Below, piece by piece: positions 20,505 to 29,115 of a stretch of 30,276 nucleotides of DNA (position 1 is its first letter; each line of letters starts with the position of its first letter). Source of the DNA: Pseudomonadota bacterium (lineage in GTDB: Bacteria > Bdellovibrionota > JAFGOL01); contig JAPLFT010000027.1 of the NCBI GenBank assembly GCA_026390535.1, positions 1 through 30,276 on the forward strand, written 5' to 3'. The position numbers were made by a program, and so were the translations under genes. The notes below the pieces were generated by a model that did not search any database, was not told the origin of the DNA, and worked only from the letters and a program-made list of their open reading frames with translations.

Positions 20505-21338
20505 TTATTTCCATATTATTTTTGCTTTTTTCCTGAACGGCATGCGTTGATATTTGTACTTTGGATATCCCAGCATCATTGCTCCGCAGCATACATTCCC
20601 TTCCGGGATGTTTAAGTATTTTTGTATCGGTTCCCACTGAGGGATTGCCATCATTAAAAATCCCGCCCAGCATGAACCTAACCCTAAAGACGGTGCCGCC
20701 AAGTCCAAATATGTAAGTGCGATTGAACAGTCAATTACTCCGATAGGATAATTTTTTGGAACATGTGCTATTACTAAACAGGGAGCTTCTCTTAGAACGA
20801 CATCGTAACCGTTATCAAATGCTTTGATAAGATCAGAGAGTGAATAAGTTTGTGACATAGGATGTTTTTTTGCAACCATATCTTTTAACATATCCACGGT
20901 CATGCTCGATAATTTGTGGATGTCTTTTTTGGACGCAATTACCAGCCATCCTACCTGCTGACTGTTGCCTGCTGTTGGAGCCGTACTGGCAAGATCAAGA
21001 AGTTTAGTTATCTTTTTAGGTTCTACGGGTTGATCCTTATATTGTCTTATGGATCGTCTTCCTCGTAGCAGTTGTACAACTTTTTCAAATTCCACATGAT
21101 CGGTGGATTTAATTGGAGGACAATTTTCTATATCTATACCGTCAATAGATATCGCAAAATGCGGACACACGGACAAACAATGGCCGCATTTAATGCAGAC
21201 CTTTTCTTTGTCTTTCTTTATAGAGGGACAAGCTTCACCCTCTTTAAATTCAAGAAGATTCATCGGGCAGATATTTACACACAACCCATCCCCGGAACAT
21301 TTATTTTTGTTTAAATGAAATACAGTTTCATTGTTCAT
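20505..21338 (-). CDS. Nitroreductase with N-terminal 4Fe-4S ferredoxin domain
   Basis: CSGDGLCVNICP and CIKCGHCLSVCP; RRSIRQY, APTAGNSQ, GLGSCWAG, LGYPK. Confidence 0.9.
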   Translation of the reverse strand: MNNETVFHLNKNKCSGDGLCVNICPMNLLEFKEGEACPSIKKDKEKVCIKCGHCLSVCPHFAISIDGIDIENCPPIKSTDHVEFEKVVQLLRGRRSIRQYKDQPVEPKKITKLLDLASTAPTAGNSQQVGWLVIASKKDIHKLSSMTVDMLKDMVAKKHPMSQTYSLSDLIKAFDNGYDVVLREAPCLVIAHVPKNYPIGVIDCSIALTYLDLAAPSLGLGSCWAGFLMMAIPQWEPIQKYLNIPEGNVCCGAMMLGYPKYKYQRMPFRKKAKIIWK

Positions 21339-21430
21339 AAACCTTACTCCTTCTCCATATATTTTATCATGAACTGTTCCTTGTGAGGATATAATTAGTC
21401 ACTCAGCGACATTTCTACGACGGAAGTTAT

Positions 21431-21458
21431 TTGACTTTTGAAAAATATCACATACAAT
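21431..21458 (+). promoter_or_regulatory. Candidate sigma-70 promoter
   Basis: TTGACT-16 nt-TACAAT, upstream of the RBS (GGAGAGGGG) and ATG 21481. Confidence 0.4.
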
Positions 21459-21480
21459 GTTTTATAAAAAGGAGAGGGGT

Positions 21481-22761
21481 ATGTTGAATAAAAGTAAATT
21501 TAATTTATCCTTATCCTTATTGCTTTTGATAATGAGTTTTTCCTGCAGTATTATGACTCCGCGCCTTTCATCTATAACTATAACGCCGTTATCTCCTGCC
21601 ATATCTGTATCTGGGACACAGCAGTTTACGGCCACGGGCACATATTCAGATAATAGCACTAGCGATATTACTTCACTTGTAACATGGGCTTCAAACACAG
21701 AAGCAGTGGCGACAATAAGCAACGGTGGTCTTGCAACAGGAGTAAGTGCCGGAACAGCTACCATTACAGCAACACTTCAAGGTATATCCGGCAATACAAC
21801 ATTGAACATAAGTTCTTTGCTTATTACAGACGTATCTATGGCAGGATATTATGTTAGTAATCCTCCCCCTACAGCGTGTTATTGGAAGAATGGAACAAAA
21901 ACAGATATAGGCGCTCCCGGTGTTTTTTCCGTGGCTTACTCTATATATGTTGTTGGTAACGATGCTTATGTAGCAGGAGAATACAATGATGGTTTTTCAA
22001 ACTATATGGCGGCATATTGGAAGAATGGAATAAAAACAGATCTTGACTTGCCTGGTAATGATTCCAGTGCAGCGTCTATCTATGTTGTTGGGAGTGATGT
22101 CTATGTAGCAGGGGAATACAATGATGGCTCAAACTATATAGCGTATTATTGGAAGAATGGGGCACAGACAGATCTTGGCTTACCCGGTAATGACTCCTCT
22201 GCCTTTTCTATAGATGTTGTCGGTAGCGATGTATATGTAGCTGGATACTACAATGATGGTTGTAATGATATAGCGTCATATTGGAAGAATGGAGTAAAAA
22301 CAGATCTTGGCTTACCCGGTAATAATTCTTATACCAGCTCTATCTATGTTATTGGGAGTGATGTATATGTCGCTGGGTATTACTATGATGGTCTCCGCGA
22401 GATAGGATCTTATTGGAAAAACGGGGTAAAAACAGATCTTATTGGCTTACTCGGTAATAGTTCCTCTACCACCTCTATCTATGTTGTTGGTAACGATGTG
22501 TACGTTGCTGGATACTACTATAATAATTCTAACAATATAGCATCTTATTGGAAGAATGGAGTAAAAGCAGATCTTGGCTTACCTGGTAATGAGTCCTATT
22601 CCGCCGCTATCTATGTTGTTGGAAGTGATGTATATGTAGCAGTAAATTACTATGATGGTCCCCGCGAGATAGCATCTTATTGGAAAAATGGTATAAAGAC
22701 AGATCTTGGATTGCCCGGAGTTGACTCTCATGTCTCGTCTATTTTTGTGGATGTCCACTAA
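21481..22761 (+). CDS. Lipoprotein with one bacterial Ig-like (Big_2) domain and seven YWKNG repeats (probable 7-bladed beta-propeller)
   Basis: Lipobox-like SFSC; Big_2 pattern SITITP...QQFTATGTYSD...VTWAS...VATIS...GTATITAT; then seven ~44-aa repeats. Confidence 0.85.
   Translation: MLNKSKFNLSLSLLLLIMSFSCSIMTPRLSSITITPLSPAISVSGTQQFTATGTYSDNSTSDITSLVTWASNTEAVATISNGGLATGVSAGTATITATLQGISGNTTLNISSLLITDVSMAGYYVSNPPPTACYWKNGTKTDIGAPGVFSVAYSIYVVGNDAYVAGEYNDGFSNYMAAYWKNGIKTDLDLPGNDSSAASIYVVGSDVYVAGEYNDGSNYIAYYWKNGAQTDLGLPGNDSSAFSIDVVGSDVYVAGYYNDGCNDIASYWKNGVKTDLGLPGNNSYTSSIYVIGSDVYVAGYYYDGLREIGSYWKNGVKTDLIGLLGNSSSTTSIYVVGNDVYVAGYYYNNSNNIASYWKNGVKADLGLPGNESYSAAIYVVGSDVYVAVNYYDGPREIASYWKNGIKTDLGLPGVDSHVSSIFVDVH
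21832..22758 (+). repeat. Intragenic tandem repeat, 132-135 bp period, 7 units
   Basis: TATTGGAA(G/A)AA(T/C)GG starts at 21880, 22015, 22147, 22279, 22411, 22546 and 22678. Confidence 0.93.
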
Positions 22762-22797
22762 TTATACTTTGATATAAAATTATGATAAGTTCATAAA

Positions 22798-23658
22798 ATG
22801 TTTAAAAACGTTTATTTAGAAATATCAAATATCTGCAATCTAAGATGTTCTTTTTGTCCTACGGTAAAAAGAGAAAAGAAATTTATTTTTCTACCCGATT
22901 TTAAGAAGATAATTACACAGGTTGCTCCCCTGACTGAAGTTATCAGTCTGCACCTAATGGGAGAACCTCTAACACATCCGAATTTCAGCGATATACTTAA
23001 AGCCTGTGAGCCATTTGGCACAAAAATCCAGATAACAACCAACGGTATTGAAATTAATAAATTTAAAGATTTAATATTGAACTCAAAGGCAATAAAACAG
23101 GTCAATTTCTCCATTCAGTGTTTTAAGGATAATTTTCCGAACAAGGATCTAGATAATTATTTGCAAAACATTTTGACGTTCGCCGTAACGGCAAATGAAC
23201 TAAAACCGAATATGTATATTAACCTAAGGCTCTGGAACATAGGCGCTGATTCCAAAGAGAATGAATCTGTCTTTTTGTTTGTTGAAGATTTTTTTAAGAT
23301 AAAGGTAAAAAGGAACATAGATGTTGCCGGCATAAAAACAAAAAGGATATGGAACCGACTTAGTCTGTCTTTTGATTCCAGGTTTGAATGGCCGTCTTTA
23401 GAATCTCAGTATAATGGGACCAGGGGAACTTGCCATGGATTAAAAGGGCATTTTGGAATACTTGTGGATGGAACAGTTGTCCCTTGTTGTCTGGACAAGG
23501 AAGGAGAGATCCCTCTAGGCAACTGCCTGACCCAGGAACTAAATTCAATCCTAAAAAGTTCAAGGGCGATAAAGATGAGAGATGGTTTTGATAAAGGTGT
23601 TCTAGTAGAAAAATTATGTCAGCATTGTTCGTATATTAAGAGATTTTCGAAAGACTAA
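22798..23658 (+). CDS. Radical SAM protein with SPASM/twitch domain
   Basis: CNLRCSFC, GEPLTHP, ITTNG; C-terminal TC...GILVDGTVVPCC...LGN...LCQHC. Confidence 0.9.
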   Translation: MFKNVYLEISNICNLRCSFCPTVKREKKFIFLPDFKKIITQVAPLTEVISLHLMGEPLTHPNFSDILKACEPFGTKIQITTNGIEINKFKDLILNSKAIKQVNFSIQCFKDNFPNKDLDNYLQNILTFAVTANELKPNMYINLRLWNIGADSKENESVFLFVEDFFKIKVKRNIDVAGIKTKRIWNRLSLSFDSRFEWPSLESQYNGTRGTCHGLKGHFGILVDGTVVPCCLDKEGEIPLGNCLTQELNSILKSSRAIKMRDGFDKGVLVEKLCQHCSYIKRFSKD

Positions 23659-23736
23659 AAGCACTTATATTTTCAGTGGACGATTACCCCAAATCTATAT
23701 ATATAGGGTGTCTAACAGAATTGTGGAGGAAACTAT

Positions 23737-24522
23737 ATGGATTGGGGAATGAAGAATCGTTTAAATCAGCTAATGCCTAACGGTAAATGTGTTTTTATGC
23801 CTATTGACCACGGATATTTCCTAGGACCTACTAAAGGTCTGGAAAAACCGGCACAAACTATAGAACCTTTGATGCCCTATTTTGACGCTCTGTTTTGTAC
23901 GCGCGGTGTTTTGCGTTCAGCTATTAGCCCTACAAACAGCAAACCCATTATCCTGAGAGTTTCTGGCTGCACAAGTATTGTTGGAAAGGATCTGGCTAAT
24001 GAAGAACTAACGACTTCTATTGATGATATTATCCGCTTAAATGTTCAGTCCGTAGGTGTATCAGTTTTTATCGGCAGCGACTATGAGAAAGAAACATTAA
24101 AAAATCTTTCTACCATGGTCAATGAATGTGAAAAATATGGGATTCCTGTAATGGCTGTTACTGCTGTTGGCAAGGAAATGGAGAAAAGAGATGCGCGTTA
24201 TTTAGGTCTTTGCTGCCGCATTTCCGCCGAGCTTGGCGCTAAAGTTGTAAAAACATATTGGTGTGATAAGGATTTTGATAAGGTTGTTCAGGGGTGTCCG
24301 GTGCCTGTTATTGTTGCTGGTGGTCCAAAATGCAGTACGGAGCTGGAAGTATTGAACTTTGTCCACGATGGTATGCAAAATGGAGCAGTAGGGATTAATC
24401 TGGGCCGTAATATATGGCAATGTTCTCAACCAGTGGCTATGGTAAAAGCTTTACGTTCAATTGTTCACAAGAATGTTTCCGTGAAAGAAGCTAAATCAAT
24501 ATATGACTCAGAATTGAGGTAA
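23737..24522 (+). CDS. lsrF: LsrF-type thiolase/class I (DhnA-like) aldolase
   Basis: MDWGMKNRL, PIDHGYFLGPT, TRGVLR, ELGAKVVKTY (catalytic Lys), VAGGPK, GRNIWQ. Confidence 0.85.
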   Translation: MDWGMKNRLNQLMPNGKCVFMPIDHGYFLGPTKGLEKPAQTIEPLMPYFDALFCTRGVLRSAISPTNSKPIILRVSGCTSIVGKDLANEELTTSIDDIIRLNVQSVGVSVFIGSDYEKETLKNLSTMVNECEKYGIPVMAVTAVGKEMEKRDARYLGLCCRISAELGAKVVKTYWCDKDFDKVVQGCPVPVIVAGGPKCSTELEVLNFVHDGMQNGAVGINLGRNIWQCSQPVAMVKALRSIVHKNVSVKEAKSIYDSELR

Positions 24523-24530
24523 TAAATAAA

Positions 24531-25508
24531 ATGTTGATTGCTAAATATTATAGCAATAGCGATGTACGCTTGGAAGAAATGCCAAAGCCGGAGATCGGAG
24601 CAGGTGAAATTCTTGTTAAAGTTATAGCCAGTGGTATTTGCGGTACGGATGTTATGGAATGGTATCGTATCAAGAAAGCTCCGCGTATTTTGGGGCATGA
24701 AATTGCCGGTGATATAGTAGAGTCACAATCAAAAAAATATAAAGTAGGACAAAGGGTTTTTGTCAGTCATCATGTTGCATGCAATACCTGTAAGTACTGT
24801 TTGGCAGGAAACCACACAGCCTGTGAAACTCTGCATAATGGTAATTACTATCCGGGCGGTTACAGTGAGTATGTAAGAGTCCCTCAGATAAATGTCGAAC
24901 ATGGTATTTATGTTTTACCTGATAACGTAACTTACGAAGAAGGAACGATGATAGAGCCGTTGGCTTGCGTATTAAGAGGCCAAAGAGTTATTGGAGTAGG
25001 AAAAGGTCAAACCGTTTTAATCCTGGGCGCCGGTGTGTCCGGACTCATGAATATTCAAGTCGCCAAATTCAAAGGTGCACACGTTATTGCTACGGATATA
25101 GATGACTTCAGGCTTCAAAGAGCCAAAGAGTTTGGAGCAGATAAAGTCGTTAATGCTAATGATGTAGGTGATATCAAAGCTGACAAGATTATTTTATGCA
25201 CTGGTTCTTATAGTGCCGTAGAACAGGCTTTCAAGTGCATTGATCGTAAAGGAACAATTTTACTTTTTGCTATCCCCGATAAAAATATAGAGATATCTAC
25301 GGTTGATATTTGGAGAAATGAAATAACTATCACTTCATCATATGGTGCTGCTGGAGATGATTTGCAAGAATCCTTAGACGTTATTGCCAGTGGTAAGATA
25401 AACGTAAAACCTCTTATCACACACAAGTTCCCTCTAACAAGAATTCAGGAAGGTTTTAATCTTGTTGCAAAGCCCAAGGATTCCTTAAAGATTGTAATAG
25501 AGCCGTAA
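24531..25508 (+). CDS. Zn-dependent medium-chain dehydrogenase (sorbitol/threonine dehydrogenase-like)
   Basis: GICGTD, LGHEIAG, CNTCKYC...C structural Zn, EPLAC, GAGVSG, SSYGA. Confidence 0.9.
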   Translation: MLIAKYYSNSDVRLEEMPKPEIGAGEILVKVIASGICGTDVMEWYRIKKAPRILGHEIAGDIVESQSKKYKVGQRVFVSHHVACNTCKYCLAGNHTACETLHNGNYYPGGYSEYVRVPQINVEHGIYVLPDNVTYEEGTMIEPLACVLRGQRVIGVGKGQTVLILGAGVSGLMNIQVAKFKGAHVIATDIDDFRLQRAKEFGADKVVNANDVGDIKADKIILCTGSYSAVEQAFKCIDRKGTILLFAIPDKNIEISTVDIWRNEITITSSYGAAGDDLQESLDVIASGKINVKPLITHKFPLTRIQEGFNLVAKPKDSLKIVIEP

Positions 25509-25576
25509 ATAAATTTAGTATGGGGTTGTGATATAATAAGTTAACTTTAATTATTGCAAGAAAAGGGAGGACTAGT

Positions 25577-26491
25577 ATGAATATTAAGAAATATTTTTGT
25601 TTTTTTCTGATATCAGTATTTAGTGTCTCTTCATTGTATTCACAAACAAGAAAAATTAAAAAAGCAGGAGACAAAACTGCTTTCACTGCAAACGGAATAA
25701 GTTTTAATATGATCTACGTTCCTGGAAATTTGACTTTTCCAACTGGTAAGAATGATGAAGGGATAGCAAAAGTAGACAAGGCCTACTGGATTGGAGAAAA
25801 ATTGGTCTCTTATGAACTCTGGTATAAGGTAAAAACTTGGGCAGAAAAAAACGGATATATCTTTGCCAACGAGGGGAGTAAACCTTCTGATTACGACAAT
25901 GTGACGGAGATCAGCTGGCGAGATGCGATGGTTTTTAGTAACGCTTTAACAGAGTGGTATAACGCCGCAAACAGGAAAAAATATACTTGTGCATATTATG
26001 TAGATAAGAATTTTACCACACCAATAAGGGGCGTAAATAATAGCGGAACCATATCTGCTGAAGGTGGTGCTTCCAACGGTACTGAAGATGGTCCTTACAT
26101 AAAAACAAATGCTACGGGATTTAGACTTCTTTCAAACAACGAATGGGAGCTTGCGATAAGATATCGCGGTAATAGTAATAACAACACCTGTGGTGAGAAG
26201 GCTTGTCTGAAAATAGGCGAATATTTTTGGATGCCTGGTTATTTTCATATTCATACGGATATTGAAAACATTAAGGAATTGCATCCTAATCCACTCGGTA
26301 TTTATGATATTGGGTGGCCTGAATGGTGTTTTGATGCATATTCGAGTAGTAGAACTCCTAGCAGCGGCCTCCGTGTGATTCGAGGCTTTGTAGGAGAGGG
26401 TTTCACTGACTATATCCGTTTAGGTCTTGTAGTTTGCAAAAAACCTTATCAGACAGAACAGGCTTTCCGTATGTCGAGGACAGATTTGTAA
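25577..26491 (+). CDS. Secreted FGE-sulfatase (SUMF1/C-type lectin fold) domain protein, divergent
   Basis: Signal peptide; FNMIYVPG, YWIGEKLVSYELW, ISWRDAMVFSNAL, GFRLLSNNEWELA, PNPLGIYD, EWCFD, RVIRG, terminal AFRMSR. Confidence 0.78.
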   Translation: MNIKKYFCFFLISVFSVSSLYSQTRKIKKAGDKTAFTANGISFNMIYVPGNLTFPTGKNDEGIAKVDKAYWIGEKLVSYELWYKVKTWAEKNGYIFANEGSKPSDYDNVTEISWRDAMVFSNALTEWYNAANRKKYTCAYYVDKNFTTPIRGVNNSGTISAEGGASNGTEDGPYIKTNATGFRLLSNNEWELAIRYRGNSNNNTCGEKACLKIGEYFWMPGYFHIHTDIENIKELHPNPLGIYDIGWPEWCFDAYSSSRTPSSGLRVIRGFVGEGFTDYIRLGLVVCKKPYQTEQAFRMSRTDL

Positions 26492-26600
26492 GTTCTTTGA
26501 ATTATTTTTTGATGATAAAAATTTTATTTCCGTAACAAGATCGACTATTAACTTATCCGTTATACCAAAGTTTTTTAACGATTTTATGGGATATCATAAG

Positions 26601-26697
26601 CAGCAGGGGGGTGACTTAGCCAATAGGCATCGCCATTCCTTAGCGGTTTTTCTTCTCAAAACTCTACTTAGCTTTGAAAATTGCTTCACAATTTAAT
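26601..26697. repeat. Short degenerate copy of the palindromic intergenic element
   Basis: 26672-26697 matches 28895-28920 at 25/26 nt. The block GGGGG-TGACTTAGCCAATAGGCATCGCCATTCC aligns with GGGGG-TGGCTCGGCCTGTAGGCCTCGCCGTTCC near 28727-28759 (7 mismatches in the last 28 nt). Confidence 0.8.
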
Positions 26698-26712
26698 AAG
26701 TATATTAAGCTA

Positions 26713-28575
26713 TCAAAGTAAAGTAATCGGGTCATTTTCACCGCCTGTGATCATATTGCCCCATGCATTTTCAACTGTAGCTTTTAAATAATATGTTCCG
26801 CTTGCGGCATTTGTTGTCCCTATTGCTACGCCTCCTGAACTTGGAAAATCTTCCGCAGTACCTTGGGCAACAAAAGAGCCGTCACTAACTTTAATAAGCG
26901 CTGGTTGAAAAGTTGCTCCAAAGTGTTCGACAGCAAAATCATCAATAGAGCTAACATCCCATTTGCCATCCTCGGACTGTAAAGCAATGGAATCGGCTAC
27001 TGTCGCACCTGCCTGGAAAAGGAAATAAGCATCGTATTGTTCGTTGTTGTTATCTGTTACAATAGCGCTGGCAGCCAAAAGATTATTGGTATTGGAAGTG
27101 ACAGCATCCAGGGCGTTATTATTGTAAAACCAAGTGATGACAGTTGTGCCTACTTGGGTTGCAAGTGTCCATACCTTCCCATCCCAAATCATGTTGTAGG
27201 TTGTACCGGAGGTGACTGTACCAAAGTGTGTTATCCCATATTCATAGCCGGTCGTAAAATTGTCTTTTACTAACTCCATGGATGCAAAGGTTAGCGACGA
27301 ACCGGTTGGTATTATCGTGCCTGTTTTAGTGCCTGCGTTCACTGTGTAATTTGCAACAGGGACTTCATTGGATGTTGAATATTTAAGATCGTAGAGAAAA
27401 TCTTTCCATCCCGTAGCTCCAGTCCACTCTGCTGCCTTTGTTGCGTAATCCGACAAGACATCGTCTGTAATAGTAGAAATTGGAGGGAGCGCAATATTGA
27501 AACCTAGTTCATAAGTAGTAGTAGGATTTCTGAGCGTTCCGTAATCGCGTCCTATCTGCATGGCAGCTAGGGCGTCGATGGCAGCTTGAGCCTTTGTTAT
27601 GACATCACCAGAAGCATTATTTACCAGATATTTTAGAAATTGGCCAAGGTCACGATACAGTGTATCTTCATCTTTGTCGTCGCCTTGTTTGCCATAGCCT
27701 GGCACAGCAAAGGACAGGGCTCGTGCATAGACATCGCCATTGTTAGGCAATATACCGCTAGTTTCAGTTTCCCTGATTGCAGTAACAAGGTTTTTCATCG
27801 TCGTTGCAAAATCATTTATTTTTGAAGTATCAATCGATGTGTGCGAACGGAGCAATATATCGGCCGGAGTAACAGTTTGATGCAATGTTTCCCATGTTTC
27901 AAGTTCCATAGTTGCAAACACTATCGGTGTCATACTAGGTCTAGCAGCTAGTGCAGTCAGGGTGTCTTTGTAATTCCATCCAGACCCAAAATCGATTTCG
28001 GCGTTTGCTATATAAACCTGGGCGATATCTTTAAAAAGATAAGAAACCTCAGCGGCACCCAAGAGACACGTGTCAAAAGCCATAAAGTCCAGCGTAGTAG
28101 GCCGAGTGAAATTTCCCCCTAAGGCTTTAAGGCCTTGGAGTATAGCGTCCCTTGACTCTACAGCTGTCATGCCACGGATCTGTGTGCGCGGAAGTGTTCC
28201 ATCCTGAGTATCACCACCGAAACCACCGTTCCAAGCTCCACCGTGATTCCACAATATAATTCCGTAATGGTCTGCAGGATAAGTCTTGAACGCATAGGTT
28301 ACAGCCTCGGTAAGAACTGCTGGATCATCAAGGTTTTGTTCTGGTACTGTACCAATTATGGTATTTGCGCCACCACCATTAATTAAATACCAAGTTGTTC
28401 CTGTCGGGTAGTTTGTACCTGTTGAGTCTTTTGCGGATGAATCGAAATCTGCAGCCACTATCACTTTGATATTGTCCTTTAAAGTGGCTTCGCAAGTATT
28501 TCCCTTACCGCCGCATCCCGCACAGCCCGACATAACGATTAGGCAAAGTGACATCACTAAATTTTTAATTTTCAT
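26713..28575 (-). CDS. Clostripain-family (peptidase C11) cysteine protease lipoprotein
   Basis: Lipobox VMSGC; YPADHYGIILWNHGGAW (His), DFMAFDTCLLG (Cys), ANAEIDFGSGWNY; T-rich C-terminal beta region. Confidence 0.82.
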   Translation of the reverse strand: MKIKNLVMSLCLIVMSGCAGCGGKGNTCEATLKDNIKVIVAADFDSSAKDSTGTNYPTGTTWYLINGGGANTIIGTVPEQNLDDPAVLTEAVTYAFKTYPADHYGIILWNHGGAWNGGFGGDTQDGTLPRTQIRGMTAVESRDAILQGLKALGGNFTRPTTLDFMAFDTCLLGAAEVSYLFKDIAQVYIANAEIDFGSGWNYKDTLTALAARPSMTPIVFATMELETWETLHQTVTPADILLRSHTSIDTSKINDFATTMKNLVTAIRETETSGILPNNGDVYARALSFAVPGYGKQGDDKDEDTLYRDLGQFLKYLVNNASGDVITKAQAAIDALAAMQIGRDYGTLRNPTTTYELGFNIALPPISTITDDVLSDYATKAAEWTGATGWKDFLYDLKYSTSNEVPVANYTVNAGTKTGTIIPTGSSLTFASMELVKDNFTTGYEYGITHFGTVTSGTTYNMIWDGKVWTLATQVGTTVITWFYNNNALDAVTSNTNNLLAASAIVTDNNNEQYDAYFLFQAGATVADSIALQSEDGKWDVSSIDDFAVEHFGATFQPALIKVSDGSFVAQGTAEDFPSSGGVAIGTTNAASGTYYLKATVENAWGNMITGGENDPITLL

Positions 28576-28722
28576 AATTACTTCTCCTTATATAAATTTA
28601 AAAGTAACAATGAAAACTATATCACAAGTATTTTTTATGTAATAAAAAATCAGGTGAAATGCGTATTGTTTTTTTGACACTATTGCAAAATTGAAAAGTT
28701 TCTTAATTTTTTTTGGTATCCA

Positions 28723-28935
28723 CAGCGGGGGTGGCTCGGCCTGTAGGCCTCGCCGTTCCCTCTCTGGGGTTACTGGATCCAGACTTGTTTATAAAAGTTA
28801 ATCAAATTAATATTAGCTGACGCTAACATTCCAAAGGTAATCATATTTTTGCTACGTAAAGCCTATCGGCTTCCCTGCGCAAAAACATAATTACCTTTGA
28901 AAATTGCTTCGCAATTTAATTTGATTAGTCTTTAT
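28723..28935. repeat. Multi-branched palindromic (REP/REPIN-like) element, long copy
   Basis: Nested inverted repeats: AATCAAATTAA/TTAATTTGATT, CAAAGGTAAT/ATTACCTTTG, TTTTTGC/GCAAAAA. Mini-hairpins TTAGC-TGAC-GCTAA, AAGCC-TATC-GGCTT, AATTGC-TTC-GCAATT and GGCCT-GT-AGGCC. Confidence 0.8.
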
Positions 28936-28945
28936 TTTTAAAATT

Positions 28946-29021
28946 TGGCGTCCCCAGCGGGAGTCGAACCCGCGTCGCCGCCGTGAAAGGGCGGTGTCCT
29001 AGGCCTCTAGACGATGGGGAC
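28946..29021 (-). tRNA. tRNA-Glu (UUC)
   Basis: 76-nt cloverleaf: GTCCCCA/TGGGGAC acceptor stem, anticodon loop CTTTCAC, GGTTCGACTCC T-arm, encoded CCA. Confidence 0.97.
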
Positions 29022-29039
29022 AAAGAAAGTATAAAAAAA

Positions 29040-29115
29040 TGGTGAGTCGTAGTGGACTCGAACCACTGACCCTCTCCTTAAAAGGGAGATGCTCTACCAA
29101 CTGAGCTAACGACCC
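29040..29115 (-). tRNA. tRNA-Lys (UUU)
   Basis: 76-nt cloverleaf: GGGTCGT/ACGACTC acceptor stem, TAGCTCAGTTGGTAGAGC D-arm, anticodon loop CTTTTAA, encoded CCA. Confidence 0.97.

Noticed and set aside
21339-21480. Possible riboswitch in the divergent intergenic region (contains TTTCTAC)
   Set aside because: The other conserved purine-riboswitch elements and stems are absent.
21832-22758. CRISPR array or DGR variable repeats
   Set aside because: The repeats are in-frame protein-coding units with no unique spacers, and differences are not restricted to adenines.
25577-26491. Diversity-generating retroelement target (the FGE/C-type lectin fold is a known DGR target)
   Set aside because: No reverse transcriptase, no template repeat and no adenine-specific near-duplicate of the 3' end in this window. 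A remote template cannot be excluded.
28487-28495. GCTTCGCAA inside the clostripain gene matches the element's mini-hairpin, near the suspected deletion
   Set aside because: A 9-nt match can arise by chance in 30 kb, and the flanking stem bases do not extend.
12829-28575. Integron cassette array
   Set aside because: Genes lie on both strands, no integrase is present, and I found no repeated RYYYAAC...GTTRRRY attC-like sites after stop codons.
28946-29021. tRNA-anchored integrative element with a duplicated att site
   Set aside because: No second copy of the tRNA-Glu 3' end was seen and no recombinase is encoded in the window.
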